A DNA stretch of 64,000 bases from an uncultured Gemmatimonadales bacterium (GTDB lineage: Bacteria; Gemmatimonadota; Gemmatimonadetes; Gemmatimonadales; GWC2-71-9): positions 896,001 to 960,000 of the forward strand of contig CAVSLV010000001.1 of assembly GCA_963728915.1 (NCBI GenBank), in the 5' to 3' direction. The notes under the pieces are model-generated. The model saw only the letters and a program-made list of their open reading frames with translations. It had not been told where the DNA came from and did not search any database. Below, piece by piece: positions 9,924-19,414 of this stretch. The position numbers and the translations under genes were made by a program. The stretch's first letter is position 1; each line of letters begins with the position of its first letter.

Positions 9924-10568
9924 TTAGGGCGTGGGGGGCCGCCGGACCGAGCGGGCGCGCAGAGATTCGGCCTGCTGCTTCATCCGCTGAGCCCGCTCCT
10001 CGAGGGCCCCCGCCCGAATTGAATCCGAGATGGCCTGAGTCTGGATTCTGACCCGCTCCCGGATCTCGGTGGCCATGGAATCCTCGCCCGACGTGTTTTC
10101 GCTCCCCTTTCGACGAATGTCCGCCACGGTCGCGTCGGGAAGCAGGAGCGGCTGGACGATGGTGGTCATGTCGCCATCGCTGCGGAGCTCCAGTCTGACC
10201 TCGCCGAATACCTGGTACCCGCTGTCCGACTTGAGGCAGAAGAACATGGTCCGCTCGTCGATCCGGTCCGGGTCGGTGACGGAGATCCGGCAATCCTTCA
10301 CCTGCGCCATCGCCGCCGAGTCCGTGAGCCTGGCCCGGATCCCGAACCCGGTCACCTGCTTCGGAGCGCTGCGCTGAATCGTGAGAGACCGAATGGTCCC
10401 GAGCTTCTCTCCGCTCACATTGAACGGAATGAACGAGCCGAGCGGGATCGTGAGGTCGTGGTCGGAATTGATGTTGCGGACGAAGCTTCGACCCGTCGCG
10501 AACGCCGTGAATCCGACTCCGAAGATGAGGAGGGCGGCGATGAGGATCTTGATCCAGTATTTGCCCAT
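9924..10568 (-). CDS. Hypothetical single-TM protein, possibly a degenerate MCE/MlaD-like domain
   Basis: N-terminal TM helix, beta-rich middle and helical C-terminus. Alternative GTG start at 10577. Confidence 0.75.
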   Translation of the reverse strand: MGKYWIKILIAALLIFGVGFTAFATGRSFVRNINSDHDLTIPLGSFIPFNVSGEKLGTIRSLTIQRSAPKQVTGFGIRARLTDSAAMAQVKDCRISVTDPDRIDERTMFFCLKSDSGYQVFGEVRLELRSDGDMTTIVQPLLLPDATVADIRRKGSENTSGEDSMATEIRERVRIQTQAISDSIRAGALEERAQRMKQQAESLRARSVRRPPTP

Positions 10569-10638
10569 TGGATGCACCCTGGTAGGCCGTTACAAAGTGT
10601 AACGTAAACGCAGCACTGCTGGTTTCAAACCGATGGAA

Positions 10639-11583
10639 TCATGCCCTCGGATGGTACTGGCGGTGAACCGTCCGAAGATACTCCCGGTCGACGTGGGTGT
10701 AGATCTGGGTGGTTGAAAGATCCGCATGGCCGAGCATCTCCTGCACCGCCCGCAGGTCGGCACCGCCTTCCAGCAGGTGGGTCGCAAAGGAGTGGCGCAA
10801 CGTGTGGGGTGTGACCCTCTTCCTGATGCCCGCGCTGGCCGCGGTCTTCTTGATGATCCCCCATGCTCCGACTCGAGAGAGGGGGGTGCCCCTGGCATTC
10901 AACAGAACTCGACCGCGGGTCTTGCCTCGATCCAGGGCGCCTCTCACGGTGTTGAGATACACTGAAACCGGCCCGATCACCTTCCTCCCCATCGGCACGA
11001 TCCGCTGCTTCCCGCCTTTCCCCAGCACCCGAACCAGTCCTTCCGACAGCAGGAGATCCGGCAGGGTCAGACCGCACAGCTCCGAGACGCGGAGGCCGGC
11101 CCCATAGCCCAGCTCAAGCAGGGCGCGGTCTCGCCAGCCCAGGCGCTGGTCCACCGACGGCACCGCGAGCAGAGCCTCCATTTCGAGGGTGGTGAGCACG
11201 TCAGGAAGGGTGCGGCCCCGTTTGGGTGTTTCGAGCCGGTCGCTCGGATCATCAACGAGCTTCCCTTCGCCGATCAGGAAGCCGAAATAGGTGTGCAGCG
11301 CCGAGATCTGGCGCCGAATCGTGGCGGAAGCGAGGCCCAGATCCTTGAGGGCGAAGACGAAGTCCCGAAGCAGGGGCCGGCTCACCGCGCCGGGACCCTT
11401 CACCCGCCTGGTGGTGGCGAACTGGATGAACCGGCGCAGATCGCGGAGGTAGTTGTCGACGGTGTGCGGGCTGTGACCCGCTTCGAGGCTCAGATAGTCG
11501 CGGAACTGCTCCAGGAGAAACGCCGTGGGGGCCTCGGTCCGCCTGTCCCGTCCGTCTGTCCGCCCGATCTCAGCGTTGCTCAA
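10639..11583 (-). CDS. xerD: Site-specific tyrosine recombinase XerD
   Basis: LRVSE, HTLRHSFATHLL, LGHADLSTTQIY. Start uncertain; TTG 11583 chosen. Confidence 0.9.
   Translation of the reverse strand: MSNAEIGRTDGRDRRTEAPTAFLLEQFRDYLSLEAGHSPHTVDNYLRDLRRFIQFATTRRVKGPGAVSRPLLRDFVFALKDLGLASATIRRQISALHTYFGFLIGEGKLVDDPSDRLETPKRGRTLPDVLTTLEMEALLAVPSVDQRLGWRDRALLELGYGAGLRVSELCGLTLPDLLLSEGLVRVLGKGGKQRIVPMGRKVIGPVSVYLNTVRGALDRGKTRGRVLLNARGTPLSRVGAWGIIKKTAASAGIRKRVTPHTLRHSFATHLLEGGADLRAVQEMLGHADLSTTQIYTHVDREYLRTVHRQYHPRA
11534..11565 (-). repeat. Degenerate octamer array of the same family
   Basis: Minus strand reads GGCGGACA GACGGACG GGACA GGCGGACC. Confidence 0.75.
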
Positions 11584-12046
11584 CGAGGGCAACCGCGAAG
11601 ACAGTGACGCCTTCGCCCCGGCCGACGAATCCCATCCCTTCATTGGTCTTGGCCTTCATGCCGACGCAATCGGGCAGGACGCCCAGCTCCCCGGCGATCG
11701 CCACGGCCATGGCGTGCTTGTACACGCCCAGATGAGGCTTCTCGCAGATGATGGTGACATCGGCCTGGACCGGATGGAACCCCAGCTCGTTGATCCGCTC
11801 CCGGGCGAGCCGGAGCAGCCGGAGCGAATCGGCATCCTTCCACTTGGGATCGCTATCGGGGAACAGGCTTCCGAGGTCGCCGGCGCCGGCGGCCCCCAGG
11901 ATGGCATCGGTCACGGCGTGGGCCACGGCATCCCCATCCGAGTAGGCCTCGAGCCCCTTGTCGAAGGCGATGCGCTGGCCGCCCAGAATGAATGGCCGGC
12001 CGGCGGCGAATCGGTGCGAGTCATACCCGATCCCAACCCGGAACAT
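11570..12046 (-). CDS. ispF: 2-C-methyl-D-erythritol 2,4-cyclodiphosphate synthase
   Basis: RVGIGYDSH, SDGD..H..DAILGA, GDLG..FP, KAKTNE, GRGEG. Confidence 0.95.
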   Translation of the reverse strand: MFRVGIGYDSHRFAAGRPFILGGQRIAFDKGLEAYSDGDAVAHAVTDAILGAAGAGDLGSLFPDSDPKWKDADSLRLLRLARERINELGFHPVQADVTIICEKPHLGVYKHAMAVAIAGELGVLPDCVGMKAKTNEGMGFVGRGEGVTVFAVALVEQR

Positions 12047-12061
12047 TTCAGGCGGACCGGG

Positions 12062-13123
12062 TCACGCGGCGATTGATTCCGCGATGATCGAGTAGTCCTG
12101 GCGGCGGCGGCGGACGCCGTACCCGGCATCCCGAATCGCCCGCTCCATCTCCACGATGGTGGCGCGATGGGTGGTGCCCGCGGCGGACACGACATTCTCC
12201 TCCATCATCAGGCTGCCGAAATCGTTGGCGCCGAATCGGAGGGCGACCTGTCCGACCTTGAGCCCCATGGTGACCCAGGAGGATTGCAGGTTCGGCACGT
12301 TGGAGAGAACGATCCGGGCCATCGCGAGAGTCCGCAGGTAGGTGACCGCGTCGGTCCTGGGCTGCTCCGCCATCTCGGTCCCCTCGGGCTGGAGGGGCCA
12401 GCAGATGAAGGCGGTGAACCCCCCAGTCCGCCGCTGAACCTCCCGGACCCGGAACAGGTGTTCGATCCGGTCCGCCGGCGTCTCGCCTAACCCGTACATC
12501 ATGGTGACCGACGTCTTCATTCCCTGGCGGTGCGCCTCCTCCTGCACCCCGAGCCAGGCGTCGGTCTGGGCTTTCTTCGCGGCAACCCGCTGGCGAATGG
12601 TATCCACCAGGATCTCGCCGCCGCCCCCGGGAATGCTGTCCAGCCCGGCGGCCTTGAGCTCCCGGACCACCTCCGCCACACTCATCCGGAACCGCTCGCT
12701 GAAAAACACCACTTCGGATGGGGAAAATCCGTGAATGTGGATCGGGTGATGGCGCTTGATGTAGCGCATCAGCTCCAGGTACCACTCGAACGGGATGTAG
12801 GGATTGTGGCCGCCCTGGAGCAGGATCTGCACCCCGCCGATCGCTCGACACTCGTCGATTTTCTCCCCGATTTTTTCGAACGGCAGCACGTAGCCTTCAC
12901 CGTGCTTGGGGCGCCGATAGAACGCGCAGAACTTGCAATCGGCGACGCAGACGTTGGTGTAGTTGATGTTGCGATCGATGATGTAGGTGACCACCTCGTC
13001 GGGATGGTGCCGGTAGCGCTCCTGGTCGGCGAGCCGCCCGAGTTCCAGAAGACTGGCCCGCTCGTAGAGCGCGAGGTACTCCTGAAACTCCGCGCTGGAT
13101 CGGTCAACGAGGTCGTGCGTCAA
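12062..13123 (-). CDS. mqnC: Cyclic dehypoxanthine futalosine synthase (radical SAM)
   Basis: DRNINYTNVCVADCKFC, LLQGG, QSSWVT, GANDFGS. GAGGAG RBS before TTG 13123. Confidence 0.92.
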   Translation of the reverse strand: MTHDLVDRSSAEFQEYLALYERASLLELGRLADQERYRHHPDEVVTYIIDRNINYTNVCVADCKFCAFYRRPKHGEGYVLPFEKIGEKIDECRAIGGVQILLQGGHNPYIPFEWYLELMRYIKRHHPIHIHGFSPSEVVFFSERFRMSVAEVVRELKAAGLDSIPGGGGEILVDTIRQRVAAKKAQTDAWLGVQEEAHRQGMKTSVTMMYGLGETPADRIEHLFRVREVQRRTGGFTAFICWPLQPEGTEMAEQPRTDAVTYLRTLAMARIVLSNVPNLQSSWVTMGLKVGQVALRFGANDFGSLMMEENVVSAAGTTHRATIVEMERAIRDAGYGVRRRRQDYSIIAESIAA

Positions 13124-13134
13124 GTCGTGGCTCC

Positions 13135-13968
13135 TCAGGCCGCAGTGATGAAACTCAGGCTCCCGTCGGGCACCAACCCGTCCTGGGCCAGCCGCCGGAA
13201 GAAGTCGGTCAACCCGGCCAGGTGGCGGTAGCTCAGCGCATAATCGAGGTCTCCCAGATAGGCCCGGCAGGTCGCGTAAGGCAACCCGGTATTCTCGGCG
13301 GCCTGACGGGCCAGCTCGTCCAGATGGGCCAGGCCCCAGCTCCGGCTTTCCAGGAGGCCCCGGTGGACCGCCTGCACCGCCGACCGGTCGGCCTCCCTCC
13401 TCGCGGCCCAGACCGCAAACACGAACGGGAGTCCGGTCCAGTCCTTCCAGGCGGTCCCCAGGTCGGTCTTGTATGGATAGCGCTGCTCGGTGGCGAGGAG
13501 CAGCGCGGCGTCGCCGATCACCAGCACCGCTTGATGGGGGAATTCCCGAAGCGCCTCGAGGTCGGTCGATTCGGCGCGAACGGTCGCAAACTTGGGCCGC
13601 ACCCGCCATCGGTGCCGGCAGAGCAGGTCGAGCAGCAGCACCGAGGTTCGCGACGATGCGCTCTGGAGCACGGTCGCCCCATCGAGCTCGTGGACCGGCC
13701 GTTTGCTGTAGAGCACGACGCTGTGCACCGGCCCGTCCGAGGTGATCGCGAGGTCGGGCAGCAGGTGATACGCCGCGGCGTTGCGGGCGTACTCGACCGC
13801 GGACACGACCGAGACGTCGAGCTCTCCCGCGGCCAGCAGGTCGTTCAGATCCGCCGCCGTGCCGGTGATCGGGTCGGCGTCGATGGCCACCAGGCCTCGA
13901 TCGATGGCCGCGTAGACCGGGTAGCAGTTGATCCAGGGAATCCGGCCCAGCCGGAGGCGCGCGGTCAT
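13135..13968 (-). CDS. mqnA: Chorismate dehydratase (futalosine pathway)
   Basis: LGRIPWIN, SRTS, IGDAAL, DLG..W...TGLPFVFAVW. Confidence 0.92.
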   Translation of the reverse strand: MTARLRLGRIPWINCYPVYAAIDRGLVAIDADPITGTAADLNDLLAAGELDVSVVSAVEYARNAAAYHLLPDLAITSDGPVHSVVLYSKRPVHELDGATVLQSASSRTSVLLLDLLCRHRWRVRPKFATVRAESTDLEALREFPHQAVLVIGDAALLLATEQRYPYKTDLGTAWKDWTGLPFVFAVWAARREADRSAVQAVHRGLLESRSWGLAHLDELARQAAENTGLPYATCRAYLGDLDYALSYRHLAGLTDFFRRLAQDGLVPDGSLSFITAA

Positions 13969-15170
13969 GCGGCGTGGACCTGAGAAGGACCGGGAGCAGC
14001 GTGCCGGGGGCCGGACCATTCCCGGGGAAGATCGTCGAAACTCTCCCGTACCGGCTGATAGAGACTGTCCCGCTCGACCGGGCGTTTCCCCGCGCCGCGA
14101 ATGAGCCGGACCAGCTCGCTGTAGGGCATATGCATGGCGGTGCGGGCGCCCGCCTCGTGATAGATCCGCTCGTAGACGACGGTCCCCTCCACATCGTCGC
14201 ACCCGAACTCGAGCACCACCTGTGACATGAACGGCGTCACCATGGGCCAGTGGGTCTTCACATGGGGGATGTTGTCGAGAAACAGACGGGCCACCGCGAT
14301 GTTCTTGAGATCTTCGTACCCCGTCGTCGCCGAGCCCACCCGCCCCAGCTCCTCGCCCAGCTCGTTGTTCTCGGTGTGATAGGCGAGCGGGATGTAGGTG
14401 AGAAAACCACCGGTTTCATCCTGGAGGGCACGCAGCATCGAGAGATGCTCGATCCGATCGGCGGCCGACTCGACGTGCCCGTAGAGCATGGTGCAGTTGG
14501 TCGGAATGCCCAGCCGGTGCGCTTCGCGGTGCACCGCGAGCCATTCCTCGCCGGTGAGCTTCCGTTCCGCGATCGTCGCCCGCACCGCGGTGCTGAACAC
14601 TTCCGCGCCGCCTCCGGGCAGGCTGGTGAGCCCCGCTTCCTTGAGCCCCAGCAGCACCTCGCGAACCGAGGCCTTCTCGATCCGGGCCAGATGGGCGATC
14701 TCCACCGCGGTGAGGGCCTTGATGTGCACCTGCGGAAAGCGCTCCTTGAGACCGCGGATCATGTCGGTGTAGTACGAGAGCCGGAGCTTGGGATGCAGGC
14801 CACCCACGATGTGGAACTCTCGGGTGGGTCCATTCCGCGCCTGCTCGGCTTCCTGGTACACCTCCTCGAGCGAGCGGGTATAGTGGCCCTCCTCCTTGGG
14901 CATTCGCGCAAAGGAGCAGAACACGCAGGTGTTGCGGAGGATGCAGACGTTGGTCGGATTGATGTGCTGATTGGCGGAGAAGAAGACCCGGTCGCCGTTA
15001 ACCCGCGCGTTGGCGAAGGCGGCGAGCTCGCCCAGGCCGAGGATGTCGGAAGTTTCGTACAGGGCAATGCCCTCGGCCGGATCGAGGCGCCCCCCGGAGA
15101 TCACCTTCTCGGCAATGGAACGCAGGACCGGGGTGCGAAAGCGAGACGGATCAGGAGAAACGACCGGCAT
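13965..15170 (-). CDS. mqnE: Aminodeoxyfutalosine synthase (radical SAM)
   Basis: HINPTNVC....CVFC, HIVGG, KALTAVEI, TMLYGHVE, ERDSLY. Confidence 0.92.
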   Translation of the reverse strand: MPVVSPDPSRFRTPVLRSIAEKVISGGRLDPAEGIALYETSDILGLGELAAFANARVNGDRVFFSANQHINPTNVCILRNTCVFCSFARMPKEEGHYTRSLEEVYQEAEQARNGPTREFHIVGGLHPKLRLSYYTDMIRGLKERFPQVHIKALTAVEIAHLARIEKASVREVLLGLKEAGLTSLPGGGAEVFSTAVRATIAERKLTGEEWLAVHREAHRLGIPTNCTMLYGHVESAADRIEHLSMLRALQDETGGFLTYIPLAYHTENNELGEELGRVGSATTGYEDLKNIAVARLFLDNIPHVKTHWPMVTPFMSQVVLEFGCDDVEGTVVYERIYHEAGARTAMHMPYSELVRLIRGAGKRPVERDSLYQPVRESFDDLPREWSGPRHAAPGPSQVHAA

Positions 15171-15244
15171 CTATCTCCGCCATTTGGTTGCAGTTAGCCG
15201 CAGGCAATATAGCTGGTTGCCCACGCCGGGGCAGCGCTGCTGGA

Positions 15245-16486
15245 TCAGGGCTCGAAGCGGCGGACGGCCAGGGTCACGTTGTGCCCTCCGAAGCCGAATG
15301 AATTCGACAGCGCGACGTCGACCTGCCGCTCGGTCATGCGATTGGGCACGCAGTCCAGATCGCAGTCCGGATCGGGCGTGGTCTGATTGATCGTGGGAGG
15401 AACCTGGCCGGTGGTCACCACCAGGAGTGAGATCACCGCCTCCAGGGCCCCCGCCCCTCCGAGCAGGTGTCCGGTCATGGACTTGGTGGAGGCGAATACC
15501 AGCCTCGGGGCGAGCTCCCCGAAGACGGCCTTCACCGCAATGGTTTCGGCGACGTCGCCCAGGGGCGTCGAGGTCCCGTGCGCATTGATGTATCCCACAT
15601 CTTTCCGGTCGATCTGCCCTTCCTCCAGGCACGCGAGGATCGCGCGACGGGCCCCTTCCCCGTCCGCGCAGGGGGCCGTGATGTGGTGGGCATCGGCGCT
15701 CATGCCGTACCCGATCACCTCGCCCAGAATCGTGGCGCCCCGATCGGTGGCGTGCTCGAGACTCTCCAGCACCAGCGCCGCTGCGCCATCGCCCAGCACG
15801 AAACCGTCACGCTCCTTGTCGAACGGACGGCTCGCCTGCTCCGGCGCGTCGTTGCGGGTCGACAGCGCCTTCATGTTCTGGAACCCTGCGATGGCAAGCC
15901 CGGTGATCGCGGCTTCGGCGCCTCCGGTCACGATGCAGTCCGTCGCGCCGGCCTTGATCAGATCGTAGGACTCCCCGATTGCATGCGCCGAGGAAGAACA
16001 GGCCGACACGGTGCAGAAGTTCGGTCCCTTGAGCCCGTGCCGGATGGACACCTGCCCCGCCGCGATATCGGGAATGAACATGGGGACGAAGAACGGGGTG
16101 ATCCGGTCGGGACCCTTGGTGACGTAGATCATGGCCTGCTCCTCCATGGTCATCATCCCGCCGATCCCGCTCCCGATGATCACGCCGGTCCGCTCGGGGG
16201 CCGGGAATTTGCCGGTGAGGCCCGCCTCCCGGATGGCCTGGTCCGTGGCGGCAACCGCGAACTGGCAGAACAGGTCCATCCGCTTGGCTTCTTTCCGCTC
16301 CAGGTACGCGAGCGGATCGAACCCTTTGACCTCGCAGGCAAAGCGAACCTGGAGCCGGCTCGCGTCGAACTTCGCGATGGGCGCCGCCCCGGACTTCCCG
16401 GCGAGGAGACTCGCCCAGGTCTCCGGCGTACTGAGTCCCACCGGCGTCACCATGCCGGTGCCGGTCACCACCACCCGCCGGGCCAT
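15245..16486 (-). CDS. fabF: Beta-ketoacyl-ACP synthase II
   Basis: SACSS, NAHGTST, GHLLG, SNSFGFGG. Confidence 0.97.
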   Translation of the reverse strand: MARRVVVTGTGMVTPVGLSTPETWASLLAGKSGAAPIAKFDASRLQVRFACEVKGFDPLAYLERKEAKRMDLFCQFAVAATDQAIREAGLTGKFPAPERTGVIIGSGIGGMMTMEEQAMIYVTKGPDRITPFFVPMFIPDIAAGQVSIRHGLKGPNFCTVSACSSSAHAIGESYDLIKAGATDCIVTGGAEAAITGLAIAGFQNMKALSTRNDAPEQASRPFDKERDGFVLGDGAAALVLESLEHATDRGATILGEVIGYGMSADAHHITAPCADGEGARRAILACLEEGQIDRKDVGYINAHGTSTPLGDVAETIAVKAVFGELAPRLVFASTKSMTGHLLGGAGALEAVISLLVVTTGQVPPTINQTTPDPDCDLDCVPNRMTERQVDVALSNSFGFGGHNVTLAVRRFEP

Positions 16487-16488
16487 CG

Positions 16489-16731
16489 CTATTTGCCGAG
16501 CTTGTCCTGGAGATACTTCATGGCGTCGCCGACGGTGCGAAGCTTCTCGGCTTCCTCGTCGGGAATGTCGATGTCGAATTCCTTCTCGAACGCCATCACC
16601 AGCTCGACGGTGTCGAGCGAGTCGGCGCCGAGGTCCTCCATGAAGCTGGCACTGTCAGTGAGCTTCTCCCGCTCGACCCCCAGCTCCTCGACGATGATGT
16701 CCTTGACCTTCTCGACCATGTTGTCGCTCAT
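16489..16731 (-). CDS. acpP: Acyl carrier protein
   Basis: [12 protein letters not shown]. Confidence 0.98.
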   Translation of the reverse strand: MSDNMVEKVKDIIVEELGVEREKLTDSASFMEDLGADSLDTVELVMAFEKEFDIDIPDEEAEKLRTVGDAMKYLQDKLGK

Positions 16732-16758
16732 TCGGCCCTCACGAGAGAGTGATATGAC

Positions 16759-17499
16759 TCAGAACACCATTCCGCCGTCGACCACCAGCACCTGCCCGGT
16801 GATGTACCCGGCCAGGTCCGAGGCGAGGAACAGGACGGCGCCCGCGACATCGGCAGGCTGACCCAGTCGGCCCAGGGAAATCTGACCCAATAATGCACCC
16901 TGTGCTTCCGGGGGCAAGGCAGCCGTCATCTCGGTTTCGATGTACCCCGGCGCCACGCAATTGACCAGGATGTTCCGGCTGGCGTACTCCCGCGCTACCG
17001 CCCGGGTGAACCCGATCAGGCCGGCCTTGCTGGCCGCGTAGTTGGCCTGGCCCTTGTTCCCGACCAGGCCGACGATGCTGCTGACGTTGATGATCCGCCC
17101 GGCTCGCCGCTTCATCATGCCCTTGATGACCGCCCGGGTGGCGAGAAACGCCCCCTTCAGGTTCGCGTCGAGCACGGCGTCCCAGTCTTCGTCGGTCAGC
17201 CGGAGCAGGAGATTGTCCCGGGTGATCCCTGCGTTGTTGACCAGGATCGACAAGGGCCCGAGCCGCTCCTCGGCCGAGTCGATGAGGCGCTCGACTTGAG
17301 CGCGATCCGTCACGTCGCACCCGAACCCGGCAGCTCGCTCGCCCAGCTCCGCGGCAATGGCCCGCGCCGGGTCCGCGGTCCGACCCACGATGGCGACCTT
17401 CGCCCCGGCGCCGTACAACTGTTCGGCGATGGCCCGGCCAATCCCCCTGGTGCTGCCGGTGACCACCGCAACTTGACCCTCGAGGCGAATGCCGGTCAC
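16759..17499 (-). CDS. fabG: 3-oxoacyl-ACP reductase
   Basis: TGSTRGIG, NNAGITRD, YAASK. GTG 17499 overlaps the fabD stop. Confidence 0.96.
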   Translation of the reverse strand: MTGIRLEGQVAVVTGSTRGIGRAIAEQLYGAGAKVAIVGRTADPARAIAAELGERAAGFGCDVTDRAQVERLIDSAEERLGPLSILVNNAGITRDNLLLRLTDEDWDAVLDANLKGAFLATRAVIKGMMKRRAGRIINVSSIVGLVGNKGQANYAASKAGLIGFTRAVAREYASRNILVNCVAPGYIETEMTAALPPEAQGALLGQISLGRLGQPADVAGAVLFLASDLAGYITGQVLVVDGGMVF

Positions 17500-18422
17500 G
17501 CCAGAAACTTCTCCACCTCGGCCGCGGTCCCGAGCGAGAGGTACTGGGGCTCGGGCAGGATCCGCTTGAGCAATCCACCCAGCACCGAGCCCGGTCCGAC
17601 TTCGATGAATCGGGCTCCCGGGGCGAGCTCGGCCAGCCGCTTGACGCAGTCGACCCAGCGCACCGGCGCGGTCAGCTGGACGCCGAGCAATCGGCGGGCT
17701 TCGCTGGCCTGCCGGACCGGCTCGGCCGTCGCATTCGCCACCACCGGGAACCGGGGCTCGGCGAGGGGGGCGCGGTCGAGCATGCCCCGCAGGCCCTCGG
17801 CGGCGGGTTCCATGAGTGGAGAATGGAATGCGCCGCTCACCTTGAGGGCCTGGACCCGTTTGGCGCCGGCCGCTTTGCACGCCTCACCCGCGCGAGCCAC
17901 CGCGCCGGGATCGCCGGAAAGCACCGTCTGATCGGCTGTGTTCAGGTTGGCGGGGACCACGGTTTCGGCGTCGGTCGAGGTTTCCCTGCACACCCGTTCG
18001 ACCTCGGTCGAGCTGAGGCCCAGAACCGCGGCCATGGCCCCCGGTCTGGCCGCGCCGGCTTCCCGCATCAATCGTCCCCTGGCGCGCACCAGCCGGGCCG
18101 CGTCCACCGGCGTGAACGATCCCGCCGCCACGTAGGCGCTGTACTCGCCGAGGCTGTGGCCGGCCGCTCCCGCGATCGGCCCCAACCGGTCGCCCACCGC
18201 GGCGAGGACCGCCGCGGAGTGAGCCAGGATTGCCGGCTGGGCATATTCGGTTTGCTGAAGCCGCCCTTCGGGGGTCTCCCACATAACCCGGGTGACCGGT
18301 TCATCCAGACCTGCGTCGATGGCTTCCAGGGTTTCCCGGGCGGCGGGAAAGGCGTCCGCCAGATCCCGGGCCATCCCCAACCGCTGCGCTCCTTGTCCCG
18401 GGAAGAGCAGCAGGCTCACCAT
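17496..18422 (-). CDS. fabD: Malonyl-CoA:ACP transacylase
   Basis: FPGQG, GHSLGE, VSGAFHS. Confidence 0.96.
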   Translation of the reverse strand: MVSLLLFPGQGAQRLGMARDLADAFPAARETLEAIDAGLDEPVTRVMWETPEGRLQQTEYAQPAILAHSAAVLAAVGDRLGPIAGAAGHSLGEYSAYVAAGSFTPVDAARLVRARGRLMREAGAARPGAMAAVLGLSSTEVERVCRETSTDAETVVPANLNTADQTVLSGDPGAVARAGEACKAAGAKRVQALKVSGAFHSPLMEPAAEGLRGMLDRAPLAEPRFPVVANATAEPVRQASEARRLLGVQLTAPVRWVDCVKRLAELAPGARFIEVGPGSVLGGLLKRILPEPQYLSLGTAAEVEKFLA

Positions 18423-19414
18423 CGGACGACCGCGGCGCCCCAGGTGAACCCGGCGCCGAAGGTCACCAGCAGCAGCAGGGATCCGGGCCGGATCCTTCCT
18501 TCCCCCAGAGCCTGGTCGATGGCCAGCTGAATCGACGCAGCCGAGGTATTGCCGTACCGATCGACGTTGACCAGCACCTTGTTCATGGGGACCGCCGCGT
18601 GCTTGGCGGTCGCCTCGATGATCCGGAGATTGGCCTGATGAGGCACCAGCAGATCGATCTCTTCGGCGCTGACCCCCGCTTTCGCGAGCGCCTGATCGCA
18701 GGCTTTCGCCATGGTGTGCACCGCGGCCTTGAACACCTCCCGGCCCGCCATCTTGATGTACTGGGACCCCTCCCGGACCACCTTCTCGCTGACCGGGTCG
18801 TTGGACCCGCCTCCGGGGATCTGGAGCAGGTCGGCGAGCTTTCCGTCGGCGCCCAGCACGATGGAGAGGATGCCGCGTCCATCACCGGGCGCCGGCTGGA
18901 CCACGGCGGCCCCGGCCCCGTCACCGAAGAGCACCGCGGTGCCCCGGTCGTTCCAGTCGGTCACCGACGAGAGCTTCTCGGCCCCAATGGCGAGCACGCT
19001 CTTCGCCTGTCCCGAGGCAATCAGCCCTTCGGCGATGCCGAGGGCGTAGAGCCAGCCCGGACAGGCGGCCGCGATGTCGAAGGCGAACGCTCTGGTGGCG
19101 CCGAGCAGGGCCTGGAGCTCGCAGGCGCTGGAGGGCAGCCGTCGGTCGGGGGAGATGGTGCCAAGGATGATGGCGTCAAGTTGGTCGGCGCTGAGGCCGG
19201 CCCGGCCCAGGGCGATCTCCGCGGCGGTCCGGCACAGGGAGGTCAGGTTCTCGCCCGGCCCCGCGATCCGCCGCTCCCGGATCCCGGTCCGCTCCCGAAT
19301 CCACTGGTCGGACGTTTCCAGGTATTTCTCGAACTCCGCGTTCGGCACCACCCGCTCGGGGACGGCGGTTCCTAACCCGGTGATGGCGGCGATCGGGGCC
19401 CGGAGCGCGCTCAT
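18416..19414 (-). CDS. fabH: Beta-ketoacyl-ACP synthase III
   Basis: AACPG, HQAN, GNTSAAS, FGAGFTW. Confidence 0.96.
   Translation of the reverse strand: MSALRAPIAAITGLGTAVPERVVPNAEFEKYLETSDQWIRERTGIRERRIAGPGENLTSLCRTAAEIALGRAGLSADQLDAIILGTISPDRRLPSSACELQALLGATRAFAFDIAAACPGWLYALGIAEGLIASGQAKSVLAIGAEKLSSVTDWNDRGTAVLFGDGAGAAVVQPAPGDGRGILSIVLGADGKLADLLQIPGGGSNDPVSEKVVREGSQYIKMAGREVFKAAVHTMAKACDQALAKAGVSAEEIDLLVPHQANLRIIEATAKHAAVPMNKVLVNVDRYGNTSAASIQLAIDQALGEGRIRPGSLLLLVTFGAGFTWGAAVVRW

Noticed and set aside
10639..11583. Tyrosine recombinase as an integrase of a mobile element
   Set aside because: Sequence and housekeeping context fit chromosomal XerD. I saw no att repeats, cargo genes or dif-like site.
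12062..14194. Apparent long N-terminal extensions or fusions in the ORF track (mqnC, lptB, mdh, nuoE, nuoI, MBL, etc.)
   Set aside because: The extensions are alternative-frame read-through of upstream genes; true starts are at stop/start overlaps.
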